From: Octopus vulgaris
Lineage: Eukaryota
Assembly: GCA_951406725.2 (NCBI GenBank)
Contig: OX597825.1
Coordinates: 16,678,001-16,742,000, forward strand
Direction of reading: 5' to 3'
Length of the DNA: 64,000 nucleotides
Under the pieces are notes generated by a model that saw nothing but the letters and a program-made list of their open reading frames with translations, was not told the origin of the DNA and searched no databases. Position numbers and translations under genes: made by a program. Shown piece after piece: positions 25,201 to 38,029 of the stretch (positions are counted from its first letter, which is position 1; every line of letters begins with the position of its first letter).

Positions 25201-25824
25201 CAAACCTAAAGAAACACCCTTACCATTGCTGCTTTTTAGATAAGAGTTACAAGAAGAAATTGTGATGTTATGCATTTAATCATTAGTAACGGTCTCGGGA
25301 AAACAAGTAAGGTTGAATCGAAAAATGTGTTGTATAAAATATAACTAACTTTTATTCGATTGTCAGATAAATCCGTTTGCCTTTTCCTACTGCATATATA
25401 TTTTTTGTTTATGTATCTGAAAAGAATGAAAATTTGTTCACATTTCAAAAATAATATGTAAAAGTTCTGAATGCAGAATAGGACTGGAAAAACAAATATT
25501 GTTTTGTGTTGATGCAAATAACATTATATTGGATGGAACATAATGGTGGGTGAAGGGGAACTAATTTATCTCACACTCCAATAATTACATGTGTAAATCC
25601 ACCAGAGAATACTAGATTTATTTTTGGAGAGCGTATAACTAAAGTAGATATGAGAAATTGGTTGTCACTGTCATAAGCTAAAATACCATGTAAACACCAT
25701 GTTTTGCATGGAAAGATAAAGTAATGTCGTGTACAGGTTGTTTAAATTGCATGTTGGAAAGGTAAGTAGAAGACAGAATGACTATAGTTGACGTGAAAAA
25801 CAAAGCACGGCAGAGAAAAGAGAG

Positions 25825-25929
25825 CTTGAAAATGACCACATCTCACTCCTCTGGAACTTCACCATTCAAACTGACAGGAAGATAGATGCAAATAGGCCAG
25901 ACATCATATTGAAAAACTTCAAACAAACT
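25825..25929 (+). mobile_element. R4/Dong-like REL endonuclease internal fragment
   Basis: Translation LENDHISLLWNFTIQTDRKIDANRPDIILKNFKQT contains the LWDF.IQTD...RPD motif of R4-clade endonucleases. Confidence 0.8.
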
Positions 25930-26286
25930 ATTTGTAGCTTTACTTCATCTGTCCAATTGAACATTTTCGGAATATATTCTGTAATGTATCAGATTAAATC
26001 CAATGCAATTTTTATATGCTTTACTTAGGATCTTCACCACTTTACCTTTTCTGTATATGTCTTCGTATGCCTTATGTGGTGTGGCTATGTTGTAGGTATT
26101 GTGTTTCCAAAGCACATAGTTCTGGATTCAGGACCACTGCGTAACACCTTGGCCAAGTGTCTTTGAGTATAATCTCCAGTTGTGAGTGAATTTCGTAGAA
26201 GAAAACTGAAAAATATGGTTATCGTTTATATATATATATATATACTACTACTACTACTACTACTACTAATAATAATAATAATAATG

Positions 26287-26354
<68 letters not shown>

Positions 26355-26355
<1 letters not shown>

Positions 26356-26523
26356 TTAGGAAGTATATCCTAACTTCCAGGAAAAAAATTAGATTTAGGA
26401 TTAAATCAAATTTCACAATATAAATATAAATTAAATTAGAAATAAAACCACTATTAGGTAACTCAAACAGAGAAAAACATAAACCAAAACATAAAAAAAC
26501 AAAAAATAAATATGATTAATATA

Positions 26524-26589
<66 letters not shown>

Positions 26590-26632
26590 TTTGAGTTGCC
26601 TAATAGTGGTTTTATCTCTAATTTAATTTATA
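26355..26632. mobile_element. Fold-back element homologous to 12984-13250 (opposite orientation)
   Basis: ATAAATTAAATTAGAAATAAAACCACTATTAGGTAACTCAAAC mirrored by GTTTGAGTTGCCTAATAGTGGTTTTATCTCTAATTTAATTTAT. The 26355-26425 extension matches the RC of 13170-13245. Confidence 0.7.
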
Positions 26633-26802
26633 TATATATATATACATATATATTATGTGAAATAGAAAGATGAATAATCTTGTAGTAGATTAATCAAAAG
26701 TTTAACCGATACCTTAGTAGCAAAAATCACAGCAGTAAACAGCACGGTTGGAGGTACAACCATATGGTGTTGCAACCGTGCGTTGGTGCGGATAATTGAA
26801 AT

Positions 26803-26910
26803 TAAAACATTATTGGTGAATTGAAGAAATGGAGCTGAACGCAGATTGAACAGAAATTTCTGTTCAATCTGCGTTCAGCTCCATTTCTTCAATTCACCAA
26901 TAATGTTTTA
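26803..26910. repeat. Perfect 108-bp palindrome (54-bp arms, no spacer)
   Basis: TAAAACATTATTGGTGAATTGAAGAAATGGAGCTGAACGCAGATTGAACAGAAA|TTTCTGTTCAATCTGCGTTCAGCTCCATTTCTTCAATTCACCAATAATGTTTTA. Confidence 0.95.
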
Positions 26911-27208
26911 TATACATATATATTTATAACATACATACATATATGCGTGTTTGCGAGCAAGTGTGCGTGCGTGTGTGTGTGTGTGTATGTATGGATGTTT
27001 CTGTGTTTGTGTTTCTTGCTCACCACCGATTGACAACTGGTGTTTTCTTGCTTACATCCCCCGCAACTTAGCGGTTCGGCACATGAACCCGATACAGTAA
27101 GTACAAGATTTAAAAGAGGAATATTGTCCGCTGTGCAATGACAAAAGCATTGTATATGTTAAAAGACAGTAGACTACGTACACATCATCACTTTGGAGGT
27201 ATATTATA

Positions 27209-27441
27209 GGCGGTGAGCTGGCAGAATCGTTAGCACGCCGGGCGTAATGCGTAGCCGTATTTCGTCGGCCGCTACGTTCTGAGTTTAAATTCCGCTGAGG
27301 TCGACTTTGCCTTTCATCCTTTCGGGGTCGATTAAATAAGTACCAGTTACGCACTGGGGTCGATGTAATCGACTTAATCCCTTTGTCTATCCTTGTTTGT
27401 CCTCTCTGTGTGTAGCCCCTTGCGGGCAGTAAAGAAATAGG
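27209..27441 (+). mobile_element. SINE family B, full length
   Basis: GGCGGTGAGCTGGCAGAATCGTTAGCACGCCGGGCG...GAGTTTAAATTCCG...CCTTTCATCCTTTCGGGGTCGATTAAATAAGTACCAG...GTAAAGAAATAGG. Confidence 0.92.
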
Positions 27442-28309
27442 CATATTGTAAGCTGCTATTTGTTACTGGAATTAGTTCAAGAACAAATAATGTCCAGAAC
27501 TGCATTCCGTACTTGCTGCTAAACTGAATATATATTGCCATTGACAATTATTGATTTTTTTTAAACGTAGTTACTTCTTATAAAATTTCGAATTGTCTGT
27601 ATATTAAATATATTAACACTAACTAACCTATAATAATTATATTTGAGAATTTGAGAATTCTAAATGAGGTTGTAAATTGGATTAAGTTTAAATTCAACAA
27701 AAGCATACTATAAAGAACAAACGAAAATGATTTTACTAAAAAGTTCGCTAATTAATTGCAATAGTTTAGATAAGTAAATAAAAATAAATATCTTTTTTGA
27801 ATGAAGAAATATTAGATTTATAACGAATGCGCTCCTCCCATAAATAAACTTTTCTAAGAATTTCTAATGAAAACTTCGTGGTGTTATTTATTGCTTTTCA
27901 AAAGCTCATAAAGCTTCCTTAAAGACAAAAAGATAAAACCAAGCGAGAACATATATGTTTATGCGCAACTGGGTAGTAAATATTTATATCTGTACGTATT
28001 TCGGTTTTATTCAGTTTCGATTGAAAATCGAATGTGTAAAATTATATGAGCTATGTATGTGCATATATGCATTATGTATGTATGTATTTATATATCAGCA
28101 AACGCACACACACGCATACATATATATATATATATATGGATACATACAAGCACACACACTCACAAATAAATCGTTATTTGCAATGTGATCAACGAGACCT
28201 GAGACGATGGCTTACAATATTTATTTTTAATAATTTCCGGCAGATCAGAACGCAATTATGCTAATCGCTGTTGTGCTAGTCACAGGAAAACAACTATGCC
28301 TGTACAGAA

Positions 28310-28700
28310 CATGCGATGCATTCCTGCAAAAGACTCTGGGACACTATTGCTTCGACATGATGTGTCTCGTCAGGTACATGTAGTCGGACTACTGAATGTA
28401 ATCTAAACAACAGCCGATGACTATGTTTATAACTTCAACGGATAAGCTGTTCGCTGATTAGTGCTTAGGTCTGCCAACGGATAGTAAATCATTATTTCGA
28501 CCGTGAATAGTTTTAGGTTGAAATTTCCATGCGGCGAATTGACGGAGAATAACTTTTCCTGCGATGAATTGAGGGAGACGAAATTTCCTGCAGTGAAATG
28601 ATGGCGGTGAACTTTCCCTGAGGAGTGAATTGATGATGGTTAACTTTCTCTGCGGTGGATTGATGGCAGTGAACATTCCCTGTGGTGAACTTACCTATCA
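28310..28700 (+). mobile_element. Probable DNA-transposon relic with degenerate 14-15 bp tandem subterminal repeats (28490-28700)
   Basis: Units GCGGCGAATTGA, GCGATGAATTGA, GCAGTGAAATGA, GGCGGTGAACTTTCCC, GCGGTGGATTGA, GGCAGTGAACATTCCC, TGTGGTGAACTTACC. A second copy lies at 25030-25200. Confidence 0.5.
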
Positions 28701-28749
28701 TCATTTTATATTGCCTTTTCTTTTCTGTCTTATTGGTTTTTTCGTTATT

Positions 28750-29180
28750 GTTGTTGATGGTGTGTTGTTTGTTAGCTGTAAGGTTAATAAGTTCGCTTTG
28801 CATTCAGATGGGTTTCCGTTTAGTCCAACTCTGCGGCCCTGGACAATTGCCTTTGACTATGGCTCGAAACCATCCGACGCCTTTTGAGTGAATTTGGTAG
28901 ATGGAAACCGTATGGAAGCCCGTCATATAGATATGTGTATATAAACCTGTCTATGTGTGTGTGTTTGTATCCTTGCTAGTCCTTGCTCATCACTTGAAAA
29001 CCGGCATTGGTTCATTTATGCCTCGTAACCTAGCATTTGACCAAGGGACCGATAAAATACGTAAGATAAAAAACTAAAAGAAAAATCAATAACTGGGGCC
29101 AACTTATTCAGCAAAGGCCTTCCCAGGCGGTGCCCCAATATGGCCGCAGTGCAATGTCTGAAACAGTTTAAGAGATAAAA
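28750..29180 (+). mobile_element. Old SINE family A copy
   Basis: GAGTGAATTTGGTAGATGGAAAC...GAAGCCCGTC...GGCGGTGCCCCAATATGGCCGCAGTGCAATGTCTGAAAC. Confidence 0.7.
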
Positions 29181-29555
29181 GAATACTGACGTTTTTTATT
29201 TAAACTGCCGAACTTAAATATATTTTGTGTCATAGCAGAATCAATGTGGTGTGCCGAGATGAATTATTTACTGCCCAGAGTTTCGTTTCCTACTTACGAT
29301 GATTAAATCTTGCCGGAATTGTACTCTAGTCGATTCCATAGGCAAAAACAAATCAAAACAAAACAAAGCTAATCATTCGGTTAAAATATGTATTTTTGTA
29401 CCAAACTTACAGTTCATTATTACAAACATGTACATTGTTATTATTGTTAATAATGTTTTATTATTGTTGATGTTGTTGATATTATGCGTTCTCTTGTCTT
29501 TTACTACGTCTACACCATTTCTTTATATATATATATATATATTATATATATATAT

Positions 29556-29594
<39 letters not shown>

Positions 29595-29994
29595 TTCACA
29601 ATCATTTTGATTTTATATAATTAGCATAAAGACCTGGCTGAATGGAAACGCTATTTTTGGTATTTAACTCAATATTATCAATATTGTAATAAGTGTTGTT
29701 GCCGTTGTTTTTGTTGTCTTTGTTCGGTATTATTTTGGGTTATTTAGTTAATAATGTGAATATTGGTCATGCTGTCGTTGTTATCATTCTGTGTATTGAA
29801 TTTCATTATTATTATCATTGTTATTAGCATTGTTGTTATTATTATCAATTTTTTTTGTCGTTGTTATTATTATTATTGTTGTTGTAGTTGTTTTTGTTGT
29901 TGTTCTTGTTATCATTTTCTTTTTTCATTGTTATCATTATTATTATTATTGCTTTTGTTGGTATTATTATTATTATTTTTTTTTACTACTACTA

Positions 29995-30057
<63 letters not shown>

Positions 30058-30509
30058 TATTTAATTGAATCCCTCCGACGAAAATATCCATCTACATACA
30101 GAGTTTAGAATGAAAATATGAACGAAAATAGAAAATGAAATAGAAAAGGCGAAAATCGTAAAATTTATATATAAAAAAAAACTTATAAGAAAACGAAAAA
30201 GAACAAAATATTGTAAGAAACAAACAATAAAAGCAAAAAAAAAATAATGTACTAAAGCAACGAATGTATATTCAGACAAAGACAAAAACCCCCAAAATTA
30301 TCAATTTGAAATTAAGAAAACTCAAAATAAAACGTATGTGAGGAGAAAACAAATGTCAATACAAGAATGAGAAAACGAACAATAAAGGAAAACGGAAAAT
30401 GTTTTTGAAAACGGAATGTATACAGAAAGCTAAAAGGAATTTTTGGTTTTTACGACTAAGTTAAATTAACTTTCTCTACAACGTACAGTTGGAATTATTG
30501 TTAACAACA

Positions 30510-31210
<701 letters not shown>

Positions 31211-31649
31211 TATTATTTTTGGTATTTTGATGCTATTTGTTTTCTTGTTAGTATACACGCACGTGAACACGCTCACAAAGACACATACTCGCACGCACAC
31301 ACATACATATACACATACATGCACACGCACATTTAATTCTATTGCACTGCAACAATCTAATGATACAATACAACTGAAGCAATGCATCTTAAAATATATT
31401 TATGTTTATATTGCGACAATAAATTTTCTTTGTAAAGTTAACATCAAACTTGTCATTTTCGTTACATTTAATATTTCCGTTCATTTGTTTTTATATTTTG
31501 GGTTTCTTAAATATTTTATTTATTTATTCTTCCGTTATGGCTTCCAATGAATCCATCACGAATATATCTTCTTGAAATAAATTTCTAATTTTTTCTTCCT
31601 TTCCATTTAATCCTTAACATATTAAACTGGAAAGAAAATCGCGTCGCAA

Positions 31650-32620
31650 TTCAAGATGAGGAAGCTATCAATAATTCTTAGGTTTTAATTGATGTATTTA
31701 ATCAAGACAATATTTACCCTAATTATTGATAACATGATTCCATCTATTTCACAAATTGGTGATATCTCGGCCGTAAAATTCCTCAGGTTTCCCAGCAAAG
31801 AAATACTGAATATCATTATTAAATTCTTCACATTATTAAACTGTTTCTTTTCTAAATAACATTACAATGAATTGAGATATTGTTAGATAGAGCAAGGTTA
31901 GGATAATACGATGAAGTAAAACGTCCATATATTAGTGCTATGATGTTTTCCTGAGTTGATTAGGCCATATATGGTCTTGCATTATCGTGTAAGAGCGTGT
32001 TATGTCGTACGTTCGGATGCCTCCTATTCAACTGTTCTCCTCTTCTCTGCTACTCAGCTGTGCTCCTGACGTCTAGGCTTTCCCCTCTATATCTACGTAT
32101 TGGGCTAGCCTACTTTATCGTCTGGGGGCGTCCACACAACCGAGCGAGACGTATTTATGACTGATCAAAGCTCGGTGTTAATATTTCTGCAAATTTTTGT
32201 GCCACAACTTCAATTGACGGCATTTCTTCGCATTGAATCTTTAGTTTTGGTTTAATACTTCACGATAGACGACAACAATTTTTCAGATGTGGTTTTGGTT
32301 TGGAGTGCATTCTCCCTTTCAATTGAGTGCTACTTGCCGTTTTCATTGGATACGATTATACAGAATCCACTTTTGATAATTCGACATAATTCTACCCAAG
32401 AATGATTCGGTAGTAAGTCTACACTTGAAAAACTTGCAGAAGGCAACCGTTTGATAAAGCTGAGAAGCGGTCTGATGATGAGAGATTCACTTACTACGCT
32501 TAGACGCATTTCCTTGTTCCTGATTGTGTTTTATAATCGACGTGAGACTTGAACTATTTCGCTAATTCCCATGCAGATTGTTTTCTTTTTTGTTTTCCTT
32601 ATTTACGATTTGCTATAGCT
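31650..32620 (-). mobile_element. Mariner transposase relic (pseudogene)
   Basis: RC translation gives ordered mariner motifs: GNASKRSK*ISH (cf. WVPHEL), ESFLGRIMSNYQKWILYN (cf. FLDRIVTGDEKWILY), LLHDNARPY (31969-31995), YPNLALSN (cf. YSPDLAPSD), and FFAGKPEEFYGRDITNL*NRWNHVINN*GKYCLD* ending at 31698. Confidence 0.85.
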
Positions 32621-33979
32621 TTTCTCACCACACTTTCAGCATAAGTTTATGTGACTTCACGGTACACAAACATATGTCCCAAGGTACCAAAAACTAATAT
32701 GAACCCGTTAGAGATATCTCCTACAACTTCCCTATAATCTGTAGATTCCAGAACACCATATATCACTGCTCACCTCTTACTAAGACACATACCTCACATC
32801 ATATTTCTTTCCTTCATATAAATTTCTCCACCTCTAGATTTATCAAATGCATGTTACCTAATATTTTGTGCCTGGCGCTCTCCACTAGAAGATCGTGGTT
32901 TCGGAAAAAAATCCCCTAGGACTTTTTTTTTACTTGGTTAGTAGATTAACATATTTATATTTAATAACTTGATATTTAGGCCTGTATTCCTGTTTGAATC
33001 TTAATATTTGCTTTCTTGAATTATATTGTTTATGCTTGTTTGGTTTATTGTGTTTTCATGTTTTTTACGCACGTCTTTTATGTATCAACGTACTTTTTGA
33101 TTTCCAACATTCACTAGTATTTACATATTTGATTTTTTTTTGTTTTCTGTTTCACACTTTTGTTATTATAACTAATGAAAACATCGTCATTTATCAGATC
33201 CTTTAATGTCTCTCATTTATCAATAATTTTATTGGGTGTTATTACTAATTCGTTAAAGATTGGGAGTTAATTCTTGAACATTTCTCTTCTATCTCTAATT
33301 CAAATTATGCTTCAGTGTGATTTGTATTCAACTTGATTGATTTGAGCTTAAGTTTTCCTGTCTCACCGATTTGAGTATTATTTCTGTTAGAATTTTCCAA
33401 GGTCTGTGATCGCTGTCTACAAACTCGTTCTAGGAAAACTTGATTTTTCATCCATTTATATTTTAAATATGACAACAAAATCGATTTCATTATTATATAT
33501 TCCTCAAAATGAATGCCATGTGATTGGATTTTGACGGCTTGCACTGACGTATCATTTTTGCTGCAGTCAATTTCAGTTGTTTGCATATTTTAACAATTTT
33601 CTTGCACTGTTTTAGTTCTTGTTCTGAGATGTATTTACCAAATGATACCATTCCGAATATCAAAATCTCCTGATCTAAACTTTACATTCTCGTCACTTTA
33701 AATTACAATTATGACATTTCTTTTCCTTTGATCAGCAAATATCTTCCGATACCTTGACAGAAATTTTCCAGTTCTTCCTTATTAGAATCACTAAATAAAA
33801 TCACTAAAATAAATCTGCATCACTGAGAGATCGATAATAGATTTGATACCAGTTCAATTGTGTATAATTGATAGAAAATGTTCTGTAAAATATTACATAT
33901 TTTAAATTATATTTATCCGCCATGATGTTTTGCAAATTTTCATATTTACGAAAACTTCCTCTGAGATGTGTTCTATAAT

Positions 33980-34350
33980 CTTTACTCTTTTACGTGTTTC
34001 AGTCATTTGACTGCGGCCATGCTGGAGCACCGCCTTTAGTCGAGCAAATCGACCCCGGGACTTATTCTTTGTAAGCCCAGTACTTATTCTATCGGTCTCT
34101 TTTGCCGAACCGCTAAGTGACGGGGACGTAAACACACCAGCATCAGTTGTCAAGCAATGCTAGGGGGACAAACACAGACACACAAACACACATATATATA
34201 TATATACATATATACGACAGGCTTCTTTCAGTTTCCGTCTACCAAATCCACTCACAAGGCTTTGGTCGACCCGAGGCTATATCAGAAGACACTTGCCCAA
34301 GATGCCACGGCAGTGGGACTGAACCCGGAACCACAGCCACTCCCGCGCCT
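33980..34350 (-). mobile_element. SINE family A with a short deletion in the head
   Basis: Near identical to 10811-11232. GAACCCGGAACCAC|AGCCACTCC junction removes about 29 nt between ACCA(C) microhomologies. Confidence 0.92.
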
Positions 34351-34697
34351 ATGTCTATTGTCAATCACAAATTCACCACATTTAATCCACTGTCGTTTAA
34401 CCATCCCTATAGTATTCCAAGAATACACCCTCTCTCTTTCTGTCTGGCTGTCTGTCTGTCTCTCTCTCTCTCCACTTAATTAATAAAGCGTTTGTTTATT
34501 GCAACCTCTAACTATAAAGGAATTTTGACATACATTTAATTTCTGAATTCGTTCATTGGCATAGATATCGACACCACCTTGAGTAAATGATTAATGATTG
34601 GTGGTTGGTTTTCAGCCAAAATATCAAAATATCATCATCATCATCACCATCATCAAAATTATTGTTGTTGTTGCTGTTGTTGTGGCTATTGTTTTTA

Positions 34698-34915
34698 AGT
34701 TGGTGAGCTGGCAGAATTGTTACCGCGTTGGGCAAAATTCTTCGCGCATTTCGACCATCTTTATGTTCTGAGTTCAAATTCCTCCGAAGTCGACTGTGCG
34801 TTTCATCTTTTCGGCGTTGATAAATTAAGTACCGGTGAAACACTGGGGTCTACGTAATTGATTAGTCTCCTCCCTACCAAATTTCAGGCCTTGTACCTTT
34901 TGTAGATAGGATTTT
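34698..34915 (+). mobile_element. SINE family B (second tail variant)
   Basis: GGTGAGCTGGCAGAATTGTTA...GTTCTGAGTTCAAATTCC...GATAAATTAAGTACC...AAATTTCAGGCCTTGTACCTT. Confidence 0.8.
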
Positions 34916-34929
34916 TATTTAATTTTTAT

Positions 34930-35030
34930 ATACACACAGCAAATTAGACTGTTGAAAAAGAAAAAAAGTCTAACATTGGGCTACAGCCAGTAACCTTAGA
35001 TATCAAGAACCCTCCTTAATATCCCAGCTG
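34930..35030 (-). mobile_element. Extreme 3' end of an R4/Dong-like LINE
   Basis: RC reads TAGILRRVLDI* immediately after (AAT)n, the same C-terminal motif as at about 3635-3672. Confidence 0.6.
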
Positions 35031-35204
<174 letters not shown>

Positions 35205-35749
35205 GAGTGAGAGAGCAGTTCATGCCACCAAAGTGACACTGGGGTAAAATATACGAAGCCCAATATACCCATCATGACTACCCGTCTGATAAGGGTACAC
35301 CAGGCACATGCATCACAACCATATGTGCGCGACATGTGATCTCATATCAAGATAAACAGCACATGACCTTGCAGGTGGGTCCCAGTTAGAATTTTCTTCA
35401 GGTTGAGTAGCCCATCCCGCTCAAAAGGTCGCTGAATAAGGGTTGTTTAAGGATGTTGAAAGAACCACCCATGTTTCCAGAGGTGAATTATTCAAGCCCC
35501 AAAGAATCCCTCTCAACGCATGGCTATGATGCTCCCCCACTACTTCTGCTCGTGACCAGAGATGCACATATCGTCAGCCACTAAGGGACATGCTCAACTG
35601 GTTAAGGTAAAACAACTGACAAGCAAATCTGTGGTATTGAGCAGAATATTTGCTGTAGCCCATCTTTTATACCAAGACAAAACAATGTACATGATAACAC
35701 TTCCAATCAGTTAAGATCAGAAGCCATGAGAGCCACTGCCTGGTACTGC
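35205..35749 (-). mobile_element. (TAA)n-embedded retroelement 3' segment, copy 1 (probable Dong/R4 3' UTR or derived SINE)
   Basis: Non-coding 545 bp flanked on both sides by pure (ATT)n. RC ends CTGCTCTCTCACTC(AAT)n. Homologous to 35886-36385. Confidence 0.7.
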
Positions 35750-35885
<136 letters not shown>

Positions 35886-36385
35886 GAGTGAGAGAGCAGC
35901 GCATGCCATCCAAGCGACATTGGCTTACAAATAAACGAAGGCCAATTGATGTATCATGACTATCCGTCTGATGAGGATATACCAGACACATGTGTCACAA
36001 CCATATGTGCGTGACATGGTTATCTTTTACCAAGATAAATAGCGCAGAAACTTCCAGGTGGGGCCCAATTATAATTTTCTTCAGGTTGAGTAGCCATCCC
36101 TCTTAAAAGATCCTTGAGTAAAATTTGTTTTAAAGATGATGAACAAAACAATCGCTATGATGCTCTCCGCACCACTAATCCCGATCATGATAAAAGAAGC
36201 ACATATCGTCAACCACTAAGAGACATGGTCAGCAAGTTATGGTCAAACAAATTTGTTGTATTAAGCAAAGTATTTGCTGTAGGCCGTATTTTGCATAAAA
36301 GAAAAACATGTACATGGTAACACTTCTGATCAGGTGAGATCAGAAGCTATTAAAGCCAATGTCTGCTACTTCTTCAGGTCATTTG
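35886..36385 (-). mobile_element. (TAA)n-embedded retroelement 3' segment, copy 2 (more diverged)
   Basis: Same terminus GAGTGAGAGAGCAG after (ATT)n; collinear with copy 1 apart from an internal deletion. Confidence 0.7.
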
Positions 36386-36642
36386 CTTTTGTTATTCACC
36401 CGACGTTGCCCTTGTGGTTGACCTTGTGCCAAAATTTGAAATCATTAATTAATATTATTATTATGAACATTTTGGAATTATTACCTACCTAGGTTAATAA
36501 TGAAAGGCAAATGTACCACGAAAGTGGTGGGACGTATATAATTGACTGTTGCTTTCCTAAAAATAATCCTGGTCTTATCTCTACGTGAATAATAATAACA
36601 ACAAAAATAAAAATAATAGTAATATTAATAATGATGATGATC

Positions 36643-36706
<64 letters not shown>

Positions 36707-36711
36707 TGATG

Positions 36712-36761
<50 letters not shown>

Positions 36762-37118
36762 GTGACAGTTTAACAGCAATGGTTGAGCGGCAGATAAATT
36801 GCTATACGAAACATAATTATGGATCTTTGGATTTAACTTCGCAATTGGTCCATTCACGTGTCGTCGATATTCAAAAATAGCAGTAATATTCTGAGGTTGA
36901 TGTAATCAACTTTATCCGTTCCTCAAGTTTGAAGAGTTGTGGCTTATGTTAGAAATCAATACTATTAGTGTTCTTCCTTTGAGACTATCTACATTAAGTG
37001 TTTCATTTCGAACATCAAATATAATTTATGATAGCTGAATGCATAGAGACATATAGCAGAGTAAATATCCACGCAATAAGCCGACGTGGGCGTTACTACT
37101 TAAATACAAGTCTCTTTC

Positions 37119-37168
<50 letters not shown>

Positions 37169-37378
37169 TGATGTATATACATATGTATATATGTATGTAT
37201 TTATGTATGTATGTGTGTCGGAGTATATGTTTGTGTGTGTGAGGTTTTTGCATCTTTCCTATAGTTGAGCTAAAGTTGTATATTACTTAAATGATTCTAC
37301 AGTGAATATGAATTTCAGAGAAGTGAAATTCAAAGACAGTTAATTAGTATTCCTACGATATCGATTAAAAGTGACTTC

Positions 37379-37426
<48 letters not shown>

Positions 37427-37441
37427 ACACACATATATATG

Positions 37442-37481
<40 letters not shown>

Positions 37482-37503
37482 CATATACATGTGTGTGAGT
37501 ATG

Positions 37504-37551
<48 letters not shown>

Positions 37552-37895
37552 AATATATGCATGTGCGTACAGAGAGAAAGAGAGGAAAAAGAAGGAGAGA
37601 TATATTATTCTTGCTTTTGGCGGTAGAAAGAAGAATAAATTGCTGTGAGTATTCAAATTAGAATACATTAGAATGTGTGTGAGTGTGTCTGTGCATATAT
37701 ATATCCTTAAATATCCTTCATATATATATATGGATAGCTATGAATAGAAAAATTTACAAGCATATTTTACACTGTGCATACATGCGTACATACATACATC
37801 CATAGATGCAAACACATACACGCAGACACGTATACTCACACACACATATATATAAATACATAAATATATATTATATATATATGTATATACACATA

Positions 37896-37938
<43 letters not shown>

Positions 37939-37981
37939 GTATATATACATATATACATAGAGGCATCCATATATACATACA

Positions 37982-38026
<45 letters not shown>

Positions 38027-38029
<3 letters not shown>

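Larger units (their letters stand above)
26075..27140 (+). mobile_element. Old SINE family A split in two (head 26075-26230, tail about 27000-27140) by expansion of and insertions into its internal microsatellite
   Basis: Head ...CACTGCGTAACACCTTGGCCAAGTGTCTTT...GTGAGTGAATTTCGTAGAAGAAAACTGAAA. Tail TTGACAACTGGTG...CCCCGCAACTTAGCGGTTCGGCAC. Confidence 0.6.

Noticed and set aside
28490-28700. Short regularly spaced repeats as a possible CRISPR array
   Set aside because: Units are degenerate 14-15-mers without unique spacers, in eukaryotic DNA with no cas genes.
33305-33586. Minus-strand ORF containing IGETG (GIY-YIG-like)
   Set aside because: No upstream VY/GIY motif and no downstream R/H/E/N motifs; probably chance or too decayed to call.
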